Shown here: positions 38,601-50,408 of the stretch, one piece after another
How positions within the stretch are numbered: the stretch's first letter is position 1
How the letters are laid out: each line of letters opens with the position of its first letter
Source: Geosiphon pyriformis uo1
Taxonomy: Eukaryota; Fungi; Glomeromycota
Assembly (NCBI GenBank): GCA_016748015.1
Contig: JAAOMT010000280.1
Location: forward strand, 81,046 to 145,045
Direction of reading: 5' to 3'
Length of the DNA: 64,000 nucleotides
Made by a program: the position numbers and the translations under genes
The notes under the pieces: model-generated
What the model saw: only the letters and a program-made list of their open reading frames with translations
Database searches by the model: none
What the model was told of the DNA's origin: nothing

Positions 38601-41230
38601 AGGTTTTTTGTCAAAGATTCTTTTGAGGATATTATAGTAGGGCCAGCAGATTAGCTTGCCATTTACTATGATTCCTTTTTTGTCAGCTTTAACATTGTTC
38701 AGTGGCTTGCCATTACTGATAAAGATGATATAAATAAGTTCAGCAGTTTTTTCTGGTTCTTCTTGATCTTTATCATCACTTTCATTATCATCTGATTCAT
38801 CTGATTGTTCTTCTTTTGGTTCTGTTTGGTTGCTAAAGGAGTTGTTCAATAATGGCATTTAACCACAATGGGTTTTTTACCATATCTGATGATTAGCTCA
38901 CACAGTTTATAGTCAAGTAATGCTTTGGCTTTCTTAAGTCACTCATTATTAACAATAATGATATACTCTTTTGCTTCAAATACTTCCATATCTGTTTCAA
39001 TGCTAATACCATTGATGCGAACAGGAACAGCTTTGGCTATATCCAAATCTTTCTTTTTGTTATCATGTACATTGGTCATAGACTAAGTAGAAGATTCATC
39101 AATTTTTTTTTCAATGGCTTCTAGAAAGTGTTTGGCAATTACACCAACAGATGATCTACTGTTTAGGATTAAATCAATAAAGTAGCCAGCCACTTGGGCT
39201 TTACAAATCAGAAGAGTGACATTGCTGTTGTCAGTAAATTTAGCTTGATGAGAGTGTTTGTTGGTTTTTGGTGTCTTTTTTTTTGGTATTAAGGATTTGC
39301 AAAGTTTTTTTCTGAATTGTGGATGGGTTATTAGTTGGCCAAATATAATATGTATTGGAGTTTCTATGAGATCTTTAACAACAAAATAGAGTCCAGATTT
39401 TTGTACAATTTCTGAGGGTTCTAATTTTGGAAAATTTTTAAAAACTTTAGCCTTTGGTGGCTCATTGTTGTCAACAACAGAAGTTAAGACTTTATTGGGA
39501 TTTAGAACGAAATCAACCTTGGCTTTTTTTTTCTTTCTTGTTAAGTTAGAGGTGTTGATTGCCAGTTTATCCATATTATGATTATTAGCAGTTAAGTTAA
39601 AAGCATAAAATGGGTTTTTTTCTGATTGGCTTGCACTTTCACTCTTTAGAAGTGCTACTAATTTAAAGGCTAATAAACAGTGGCTTCAACTAGGGGATCT
39701 TCTCCAAAAAAATTAATGTTGGCATGATTGGATCTTTAATTGGAAATATTATTACTGTTGGGTCTGTTATTCTGAGTGTTATTATTTTTAGGAGCTGGAG
39801 GAGGCAATAGAAGATTGTTGCAGTCTCTTGAGAAGTGTTTAGTTAGTCTATGATGATAGCACACAGGTAGACCATAATTTTACTGTCTTTGATATGGTGG
39901 TTGTTGAGACTAATTGAAACAGAGTTCAAATCTGGATCTTTGGATTTGTTGATTCTTTCTAACTGCTTAGGCCAAAGGTTCTAACAGCCAGGCAAGATTT
40001 GTTGTAAGCCTATCTATTAATTGTTTATTTGAATCTTAAGTTTGGGCAGCAAAAGAGGTAGCAGCCATTTGTGAAGCAAGAGCCATAATAGGTGCAGGAG
40101 CAAAAACCAGAAAGGTGGATCCCAGATGCATTCTTTAGTTATCTTCTATTCTCTGAGCAAGTTCAATAGTCATATCCATTGTGGAATTATTTTTTAAGGC
40201 CAGGAGAGGCTAAAGAGGATATGATAGATCAGTTTTTAGTTTTTTTGTAAAGGAATGTATTTTCTGCTTTTCTGTCCAATTTTTTCCAGAGTCTACCCAT
40301 TTAATAAGTTTTCTTATTGCTTTGGCATATTCTGTCACAACCTCATCAGAGCCTTGAGTTCTTTTTTCTAATTCCATATGCCATTTGGATATTAAGATAG
40401 GAGTTCTGAATTTCATTTCAAACTGAATAGTGAAAGAAGTATTGTCTTCTCCAGCATTTGTTGATATCCATCTAATGATTTTTTGTTAAGCATTGGCATT
40501 GGTTTTTTGTAAGAACCAAGTAGCGGAAGAGCCTTAAAGATAGCCACCAACAATTTGGAACTTGTATTCATTATTATATTGGTTGGCTGTGACTGCTTTT
40601 TCAAAGTCATCTAATTATTTGATTGGATCTTGTGTATCACCTCTGAATAATAGTAGTGAGATATTGTTTTTTGTCCTAAAGCAGTCTGTATATCTTGGAA
40701 GACAATCAGAATGTTTTGTTGCAAAAGGTCTTGAGCTATTGGTTAAGGGGTAACTGTTTGTGTGGATGAGTTTGATTTGCTTAATAAAAGGTCAAAAACA
40801 GAAGCAGTTTGGTAGCTTTCTTCTTTTGTTTCAAAAGAAGTTTTAGTTGCTTGATGGACAGTAATTCAAATGTGGATTTGATGATTCAAATATTCGAAAT
40901 CAGGGGGCTGTTGTTCAAAGGTTGTAGAATATAAGAGCTGATTAATACTGTTGTTTCTTTCTTCAAAGTTGTCTTCAAAATAAGCTTGGTCAAAGTAATA
41001 AATTGTATAAGCTGTGTAGATTTTAGCTAAATGCTTGTTCAAGAACCAGTTCTAAAAGTCTTGGAATTGTCTGCTGAATTGTTTTTTAATGGAGAAGCAA
41101 ATTAAGCAGGAGGGCAAAGGATTGAGTTTAATAAAGTCTAAATCGTTTTTGTTGTGTGCTTCAAAGTGTTCTTCTGATTGTTATGGCAGGTATCAATAAT
41201 TACCCATATAATAGGAAACAAAGTGGAATT
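35630..41230 (-). pseudogene. gag-pol of Gypsy B (fragmented)
   Basis: Gag, PR (LILNSRSS from ILDSGSS), RT (YSLPKID, YLDN), RNase H (HTNASGYGL) and IN (CDICQR, IGIDVV, YHPQTN) fragments in the ORF track. Confidence 0.95.
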
Positions 41231-41259
41231 TGACAATCTTACAGAAAGCACCACTTTTA

Positions 41260-41962
41260 TGTTATGGGTTGGAGTAACAAGCTAATAGATAGCAAAGAAG
41301 AACAAGATTGTAGGGTGATGAAAGGAATCAAAGAGAATTTAACTTCAAAGAGTGAATTGAATAAGTATGGATTTAATGTGTGAGATCAGTCTTATAAAAT
41401 ATCTCAGTTGCTGTACTTTTCTAAAGATAACCAAAAATCTGAAGATAAAAAAATAGTCTGTACTGTCAACAAATGATCACACCTGGTATAATTTTATGCC
41501 TCATGTCAGCACTTTTAGAATTTAATAACAAGTATCAGATGTACTCTTTAGTCACATTTTATTCAATAATTTTCAAATGCTGCAATTACACGTTTCAGGA
41601 AAAGAATAAGGAATAACCAACAAGTAGTCTTTTATCCCAAGATGTTCAGATACTTGAAGGTAGAGAAAGGGAATTTAGCAATAAGAGAATGATTGAGATG
41701 AAAGTTGTTATTTTATTTATTTGATTTTTTTGATTTCTGACATGCTTTTCTACAGCTAAGAAATTCATTGCTTATATAGCTATTAAAAGTGGTCAATAAT
41801 TAAGTCAATGACTAGGTTAATGATCAGGTCAATAATCAGGTCAACAGTCAGATTATTGATCAGGTCAATGATCACTTTTTAAAAATAGAATGGCTAATTT
41901 ATATGATATTAGTGGCTAATATATATAATAATTAATAAAAAGTATAAGTTTCAACCATAACA
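41260..41962 (-). repeat. 5' LTR of Gypsy B
   Basis: Adjacent to the PBS (AGCACCA on the + strand at ~41247-41253). Confidence 0.95.
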
Positions 41963-44900
41963 GTATATTAAATTTTTTTGATTTTGATCATATTGCTATT
42001 ACAGTTTTTTTTGATTTGAGTAGTTTTTTAGATAAATATTTGAGTGCAATTCAAAAACAAACTAATAAAAATTGTTAAAAATTTAAGATCAAAGATTTAA
42101 ACAATGCCAAATAGGCCTATTTTAAAAAATATATCTTTGTTAAATATTAATAGCTATGGCTAGATTTGTAAATACAAAAGTTCTTAAAGATTTGAATACT
42201 CTGTAAGAAGATAATAATAGATTTAACAGATATAATTTTCTCTAAAAATTGGTTTAATAAGTTTAAATACTCAAGAAACAAATAACTTTTAAGGTTTTTT
42301 AGACTAGAATTGTTAGTCACCAAGATTATAAAAGAATTAATTTAAACAATGAACCTGAATGTAATTATTTCATTTGAACATAATTAATTATTAATAGTAA
42401 TAAAACTTTCAAAATTAGTGTTTTGGTTTAAGATAGTACTAAGTTAATAGATATTTTTAAATATTTATTAACAATTAAGAAAAAGTATAAGAAGTCTAAG
42501 TATTGTGAATTTAAGATTACTAAAAATACAGCCATTAAGAAAACAATTAATAAGCAAATAAAAAGTTTTAATAAGAAGAACATAATAAAAAGTGTTTTAG
42601 AACAGTCTTTTTATAAAGTAATCTTGAACTATTTAATAATTAAAAAGAAATTAGTTTTAAAGTTAAATAAAATAAAGCTTAGAGTTGATAAAATTATAGT
42701 AGATTAGACAAAAAAGCATAAAATATCTGTTGTACTGTTTGATTTATGGTTTTATTAGTATATACTATTGAGCTATATAAAGAAATATGTTTTTTTTGGT
42801 ATAATAAAAAATATTAATATGGATAAATTGGGTTTGGTAATTAATGATTTGTCTAATAATAAGATTGCTAAATTATTTGAAATATCAAATAAGCTTTAGA
42901 AACATTGTAACAATGTAATAATGAAGTGTTTTTTAGATCTGTTAAATTCTTATTTAACTATTGACAACATTTCAGTTTTTTAGAAGAGAATATAAGTTTT
43001 GATAATTTCCAAGCCTTATAATTAGAATAATATATTGACTAATATCAAACTGATTGCATTAATAAAAACAGTCAAAAAAATTTTGTCAAAAGTCTTCTTA
43101 GACCGAATTTTTTTGGTATGCAGTAAATTTGACATTTTTTATAGAGACAATTTTTTGGTATTAAAAAATATGTTGATTTGATTTTCTATGTTTGTAATTG
43201 GTTTAATAGTCAAAGATGCTTTAAAAAAAAATAAAAAATTATAATTAGTTTTGCAAAACATATATAAAGCTTACAACTTAATTGGTTGATTTTATCTAAA
43301 AACTAGCTTAAAATATATCAAAATATGTAACTGTTTTATTAATTTCTTTAGCAACATATATTAAAACAAAATAAACAGAGTAATAATTGACTTTAAATTC
43401 TCAAATGGTTATTGTATACATGATATGTTGAATTAAAATAAGATTTTTTATTTTTTCTTTAAAAAATGTTCTATAATTTTTTTCTGTATAAGATTAAAAG
43501 ACATAAGTATTTGTGGCCAAAACTAACAGAGTAAAAAACAAGAAAAAAAAAGTCTTTTTTTGCTGTCAGTATTTTTGTTAATAATACTATTTAAGTAGAA
43601 AATAGTCAAATTTTAACTTAATATATTTTAAATATTGTTAGTAAATTTTTTAATATTAATAATATTTTAATTAATAATAATAAAACAATAGTCATTTTTA
43701 TTAACCAAAAAACATTAAATACTTTATTAAAAATTAGTAATTGTTTCATATTTATTGTAAAAAAAAATAAGTTATATTAATACTTAGATAATTTTTTTTT
43801 AACTAAAAAACTGTCTAAGCCAAGTTTGACTAAGGCCTATTTTGATGTTAATTTTTTTGCAAATATGGTCATAAAAAAGATAATTTCGAATAAACAGTTT
43901 TGCTATCTGGTTTTGGCTATTTTGCTTTTTATTGTTAATTAATATATATAATTTAATTTTGTTTTAGTTAATATTTATTACAAGTAAAATTTTATAATTA
44001 AAAAGAATTTAAGATTAAAAACTAAGTTGTTTAAGAATTTCTTCAATAAAACTTTGTATTATTCACTTTTATATAATATAAAATTATTTAAACAGTTGTA
44101 AGCTGAAAATAAAATAACATTAGTAATTAATTTTACAAATTTTAAAGATATTTTTGGCTGTTTTTTTGATTATTATTTCTTGAATTTATAAGTTTTAAAC
44201 TGGACTTCAGCTAATCTATTATAGTTTTTTGTTAAGTTAAAAATTAGTTTTATAAACAATTTTCTTACTAGAATAATAAAGATATTTTTAAAAAATAAGC
44301 TTTTATTGACAAATAAACTGTTAAATGTTTTTTAAGATTCTGACAGATTATAATGTTTAATATCTTAAAACAATTATTTTACTTTAAGTTAATAAATTTT
44401 CTAAGGTGTTTTAGTATTGTTTTTAAGAACATACTTTTGAATAAACATGGTGTTTTAATGTCTTGAAAAACATTTTATTATTGGAAAAAACTAAATTTAT
44501 AAGGTTTTATTTTATTTTGGTTTATTATTACATCTAAATTTATGGACAATAGTAAGTCTATCTTTAAAAATAAGATGAATTTTTCTGGTGTTTTGTTTTA
44601 TAATGTCTTAAACTTAGATGATTTTAATTCTATAAAAGACTTTTTTTATAAAATTTGGACTGGTTCATTCAATGTATATATCATTGGTTGTTAAAAAGTC
44701 TTGGTTTAGTAAAAATAGCTGGCAAAATATTTATATACTTTTTTAATATAAATATAGACATTGGTATTGGAGTTTTTGAATTGGTTTTATCTACTTTAAT
44801 TGAATTATAAGCTGTTACTTTGGCTTTAAAGTGTGTATTTTTTTCTAGCATAGTGGTTTTATATCTGAATAGTCAAGTAGTCATTAATATATATGTTTTA

Positions 44901-46151
44901 AAACTTAATTTAATTAATCTGAATTTTTGTAATTAATGCTAAGTAAAAAAGTATTATGTTGTTAATCTAATTAAAAATAAAAATATTTTAGTAATTTAAT
45001 CAAAGATTAAAAATTATTTAAATGTTTTAGGTAATAATTAAACAGATATGCTGGCTGAAACTATTACTAGTTCTTTTTTGTATTTTTCTATTGATATTAT
45101 AAAGTGTTATTTAATGACTAATAAGTTAATAATGTTTAATAATATATGTTATTTTGTTTGAAATATATACAAAACAATTACTTATATATGCTGAAAAATA
45201 AATTTTGGTGTTAAAATTTTTAATAGTTTTTTTATTTGTAATATTAATTAAGTTTAAATGACTTTAGTTTAACATCCTAATTCTTATATGTTGATTGATT
45301 TTATTAGCAAGTTTACAGTTGGTTTCAGAACATACATAATAAAAACTATTTATAAAAAACTCTTAATTACTGTACAGAAAAAATTATATAACTGGTTATA
45401 TCTGAGTGTTTTATGTTTATCTTGTGATAAGATAGAGTTTTTTAATTATTTATTTATATATACAAAGAATATTGATTAACAGAAAGATTTAATCATAAGT
45501 TATGTTGGATTTTGGAAGTTTTTGACAGTTAAAAGTGTTTTTGTGTCTTTTTTTGTTTTGAGTTCTTTTTTTTTTTTTAAAGATTGGTTTATATTTAGTA
45601 TTTTATAAGAGTTTTGTGCTTAAGATTTGGTTTAAAAATGTTTTATTGATATATAATAATAATAATAATAAATATTATTTATTCTAGTAAATTTTTTTGT
45701 TAATTAGTCAAATGTCGCCACAGAAAAATTTGGTTGGTTAGATTTTAATTTAGATTAAAGGCAGAAAAATACAAATTGGTAAATAATAATAGCCATAATT
45801 AAAAAACCTTTTATGATTTGTTTAATGGAATAATTTGTATATTTGGTATTATTAAGTTAATGGTAGTAAGTTTTAGTAGGCATTTATTTTACTTATTCTT
45901 CTCTGGTATTAATAATTGTTTATTTGTGCACATAGATATATAGTATTGCTTAGATTAGCTTAAATAGCTGGTTATATATAGCAAGCATATGAGTTGTATT
46001 TAGTTAGAATTACTTAGTTTAATTCTGTATACTAGATAGCAACTGGGTTGTACTTATTAAATTCAAAATTTATTTAAAGTATATGTTTTTGCAAATTAAA
46101 TTGTAAAATAAATTGATGTACAATATAAATAATGATGTCATTTTTAAATTT

Positions 46152-46280
46152 ATTATTAATTGAGATAAAATCTAATTTTTATTATCTATATTAATATAGG
46201 CTGGCACAAATTAAAATTTCATTTTGGGCCAGATGTCGATCGGGCTATTTTAATTTGCTTCCATTTTTAATTTAGTCCAG
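46152..46280 (-). repeat. Right terminal inverted repeat
   Basis: Inverted copy of 16197-16318. Confidence 0.85.
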
Positions 46281-47323
46281 AACGTGTATAAATTTATTAA
46301 AACCCAGAATCGTGAACTTCGATTTAAAAAAAGTTTAATGTTTCATGGTTTATTTAACTTGAACATATTATTTTGAAGAGAATTTGTGGTAATAATCCCA
46401 ACAACACTACCAAATTCATATTATTGTTTATGTAGTTCATCATCAAGGTCAATAAAATTACTAAATTGAAACTTTTTTCACTGTTCAGACAAGAATTTCA
46501 AAAGAGCTAATTAAAGTTAGATTCAGAATATCCAGTTTTTGACTAATTTTATAAAATTTTGCTTATTCTTTAATTTTTTGGAATTTTCAGTAGGAATCTA
46601 TTTTCAGGTTTGAAATTCCATGGGTTGGGCCTCATTAAATATTATAAATGTATTTCAATTTTTTTGTTGGTGATTAAGAAACCCACCCACCTACCCTTCT
46701 TTAAGGTAAAAGTTTAATAAATTAATGAATTAATTTATTATTTATTTATTTATTTATTTAGAAGCTTCAAAATACGAAAGCATTTACAATTAGAGCTTGA
46801 ATTTTCTATTTGATTGATTCTAGTTTAATAAATGTTTTAATCAGCGTGTGAGTAAGATAACGTAAATTTGAATTTTCTTCATAAAACCCAAAATGTCCGA
46901 AAAGCTAAATTACGCGGAATAATTAGACCCAATATTTTGTTTTCGGGCATAAATCTCGGCGATTAAATAATGAAAATCTATTTTGATTTTTGTTCAGGTT
47001 CAATTAAAAAAACAAATGCTCTTGAACGCTATTGGCTATTATTTGTGTAAAGAATTTTGATCCGAACCAAAAAAGAGTTTTCATACATAAATATTTTTCA
47101 ACTGCTCAACATTTGTTAACGGAGATAATTATTACTTTCAATTGAAACTTCTTGGCTACCGAACCAATATAAAAGAAGCAAACGAAAAATGGTTTTTTCG
47201 AAGCTATACTTTAAAATCTTTTTCAAATATACAACAATCTCCTATTCAAAAACCCAAAATTACCTTTAAAATTGATCTTTAAAATTAAAATCATTTACTA
47301 AACCAAAAATACTGAAATTGAAA

Positions 47324-47792
47324 ATGAAGCCATTTTTATTTGCAATACTTTTTCACTCGGCTTTCATTTCCGTGATCCTAGTATTAATAATACCCTTACA
47401 ATTAGTGAATGGATATGCCAATATTGGTAGATCATGTAAGAAAGCCGAAAATTATCTTGTTTTGATGAATTAATTTTCTCTTGACACGTTTAAAGAAATA
47501 TTATCCCTGTTTCTTTTTCTCAATCATCTAGTAAGGTGTCCAAATACAGAAATAGGATGTTTCGATGGATGTCCCGTAGATCAAGAATGTGAATATTATA
47601 CCGAAGAATCGAATGGATGTTATAAAGCTCGGTGTAGTGCAAAAGATAAAAATAATACCCATTCAGGTTTGTATCATTTATCTGAACCCATTTTTTGAAT
47701 GAAAATTTCTCAACTTATTTCTTAATATATATATATTTTTTTTTTTGGATATTATTTTAAAAGGTAAAAAAGACAAGCCAAAACGACCTTAA
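47324..47792 (+). CDS. Secreted cysteine-rich peptide 5 (91 aa; six-Cys core, basic tail), 3 exons
   Basis: Exons 47324-47435, 47532-47666 and 47764-47792, phase 1. Translation: MKPFLFAILFHSAFISVILVLIIPLQLVNG-YANIGRSLRCPNTEIGCFDGCPVDQECEYYTEESNGCYKARCSAKDKNNTHSGKKDKPKRP*. The last exon is less certain. Confidence 0.87.
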
Positions 47793-49696
47793 AAAAAGGC
47801 CCAGGAACGTACTTTTTTTATTTTTAGCGTTTAAAAAACTTTTTACATACGCTTTATTCTCAAATTCATGATTCTTGGCTGGCTAGCTGACCCAAATTCG
47901 ATGGAAATAATTTTACCAAGGTTTTGGATTATAATTTCAAAAGAAACATGTACTTTAAAAATTTACAATCCCTAGTAATTTCAATTTTTTCTCTTATACA
48001 ACATTTGTCAAAATAAATTTGAACTTTGAAACTTATTGGTACATTTTTATATGAAGTAGATAATTTTTAATTCTTAATTAATCGGTATTTTTATTATTTA
48101 ATATTATTGTAATTTCTTTTTAGGATTTCCTTTAATTAATATTAATATAAATTTAAAATTGTTACTGCTAAATTAAAAGTTTATAATCTTTTTGGTTGTT
48201 CAATAAATAAATAAATAAATTGTTAAAATTTTTTTTGGATTATTAGCAAATAACTATTTAAGAAAATTGTAGAAACTCATAAAAATAATATTTTGATATT
48301 TTATTTCTTTCAATAATAAAATTACATAAAAAAACCATATAATTAAGATTAATTTAGTTTAATCAATATTTTGCTAAAAGTATTATTTTTTTAAGCTAAT
48401 ATTCAACATGTTTAAAAGTAATTTATGATATTTTGAATTTTTAAGATTAAATGATTTTTTTATTTTCTTAAATTTATGGCTTTTTTTAAATGGTTTGAAA
48501 TTCTTGAAATTTTACAAATGGATATTTTTATTAAATTATTTTATAGTTAAAATAATTTTCAAATAAACATAAAATAACTATTATTAAAACAGACACAAAC
48601 AAAGAAACCAAATAATTCAAAATAAATAAAACAAACAAAACTAATCAAACTTTTTATTTTTGTAATAGGTATTAATTTGCTTAAAAAACCAAAGCCAGAT
48701 TTAATCAGTTTTTTTTTATATATCCAAATATCTCAAAAAAGTTCAAAAAACTCCATAATGTTTTTTATATTTGTGACAAATATGATTTATTTTTTTTAAT
48801 AATTTTTTTAATTATTTAAAATGTTAAATAATGTATTAATAAATAATATTTAAAACTTTAAAAATTAAATTTTTAAGAGTTTAATTTTATTTAATGTTTG
48901 CTTTAAAGAAATTTTAAAGTTGTTTTTTGGATAATTTATACTATTTAACTCCAAATATTAATCTTTTATATAAGCATATTAATTTTTGATGTTTTTTTTT
49001 TCATTTCAACATTAATTTTTATCATATTTTTTATGCTTAATTACATATATTTACCTAATTAAAAATATCTTAAAAAGTTAAATTTAATATCATAAAAATT
49101 TTTTTAATTGTAAAATAAACAAAAAAAGGATATTTTGTTTAAAGAAGAGCAAAATTTACAATATTTAAAAGAAACCAATCATCTGAAATGAAACTGCACT
49201 TAATTATTCACCAATAATTTCTTGTTTTAAATGCGGATGGAAACACTTTATGTTTTTCATTTAAAATCTTTCATAATTCGAAACTAAAAATAATGAAGGT
49301 TGTTCTATTTCATAACCAAAAACAGCTGTTTTAATCAATTTTGAGTTTTTTTTTAATGTTTCAAAATCAGTTTGAACTTGGTATTTAATCTTTTCTTAGA
49401 GGATTTCTTTTTACCTTCTCAAAGAGAAAAAATCTGGATTCAAAAATTGAAAGAGTTAATCGATAACTTGCTTGCAACTAGAAAATGTGTGACATCATAT
49501 TACGTTCATTAGTTATCATTAATGGAGGTGCATTTGGCAATAAACGAAAACAAATTACAAAGAACAATGTCAAAAGCTGATCCTTTTTATCATCATTGAC
49601 GAGTTTATCAAACAACTTAATTCAGTGCCGATTGCCTTTATTAGTCACTGCAATAGGAATTTTAAAAAAGAAAATGCTGTGTGGGCTTATTTTGTG

Positions 49697-49803
49697 GCTT
49701 CTACTTGGTTAGAATTTGTGAAAAACTTGTTTGAATGGGCCCAGTGTAAAGCTTTTACTTGGTTAGCATTGGTGAAAAACTTGTTTGAATGAGTCAGTGT
49801 AAA
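49697..49803. repeat. 54-bp tandem duplication upstream of gene 6
   Basis: GCTT(C/T)TACTTGGTTAG..GTGAAAAACTTGTTTGAATG..CAGTGTAAA occurs twice. Confidence 0.9.
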
Positions 49804-49908
49804 ATCATTTAAGTGGGCAGCTGAAAACTTTTGGTGAGCAGAGAATTTCTAATTGTGCCGAATTTCTTAAAAATCTTCAATAGCTAATATTTTTAAAATC
49901 TTTTTGAA

Positions 49909-50408
49909 ATGCAAATGCAAATGCAAATGAAAATTGAATTCCATATTCTCATATTAATCATTCTAGCTTTGACCATGGTTACACATTTTATAAATGCTTT
50001 ACCATCTCCTAATAATCATTTAGGTTGTTATTTTTAAATTTTGAAGTTTATTCTCAAATCCTACCGTTTTCTAACTTCTCGTTGAATCATTATCTTTATT
50101 CCTCCAGCATGTCCAAATATTGAATTAAGTTGTTTTAACAAATGTCCAAAGGAACAGTGTTACTTTTATACAGAAAGCTCAGCTCCTTGTCTCAAAAGTC
50201 GATGTAAAAATAAAGATTTTAATGAAGGTATGAATTTCGAATCAATCGAGAGTCTCATTATCAAACCATTTTGTCGTTTTAATCTGGTGAATTACTTAAA
50301 TAATCAATATGGAAATTGAATATACTCTTTTTTCCTTTCTACCGATATTGGGAAAATATAGATAACAATAAAAAGTCAAATTTTAAAGAACTGCAACGAC
50401 CAAAATGA
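49909..50408 (+). CDS. Secreted cysteine-rich peptide 6 (87-93 aa; six-Cys core, basic tail), 3 exons
   Basis: Exons 49909 (or 49927)-50023, 50108-50227 and 50362-50408, phase 1. Translation: (MQMQMQ)MKIEFHILILIILALTMVTHFINA-LPSPNNHLACPNIELSCFNKCPKEQCYFYTESSAPCLKSRCKNKDFNEDNNKKSNFKELQRPK*. Intron positions match gene 5. Confidence 0.85.

Larger units (their letters stand above)
34236..41962 (-). mobile_element. Ty3/Gypsy LTR retrotransposon B (same family as A), full length, inactivated
   Basis: LTRs 41260-41962 (5') and 34236-34938 (3'), both 703 bp with TG..CA. TSD GTAT at 34232-34235 and 41963-41966. PBS TGGTGCT and PPT present. ORF fragments parallel those of A. Confidence 0.95.
31250..45960 (+). 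mobile_element. Decayed LINE (non-LTR retrotransposon) with APE endonuclease, RT, RNase H and C-terminal zinc finger; split by Gypsy B
   Basis: Endonuclease remnants INYIFV...FFDFDH flank the Gypsy B insertion. RT remnants are ISKPY..LTNIKLIAL, VLQNIYKAYN and IFVNNTI (from FVDDT). RNase H remnants are STLIEL*AV, LNSQ and GNN*TDMLA; the zinc finger remnant is VLCLSCDKIE. Ends approximate. Confidence 0.8.
16197..46280. mobile_element. TIR-bounded DNA-transposon-like shell inflated to 30 kb by nested retroelements
   Basis: 16197-~16318 and ~46152-46280 are inverted copies (CTGGAATAAATTAAAAAT..CAAATTAAAA..TCGACATCTGGTCCAAAATGAAATTTTAATTTG..ATTAATATAG..AAAATTAGATTTTATCT). No transposase or clean TSD seen. 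Confidence 0.75.

Noticed and set aside
16190-46290. TA target-site duplication and Tc1/mariner assignment for the TIR element
   Set aside because: The right end fits GTG-TA but the left flank reads TTAA-CAC with an indel, so the superfamily cannot be assigned.
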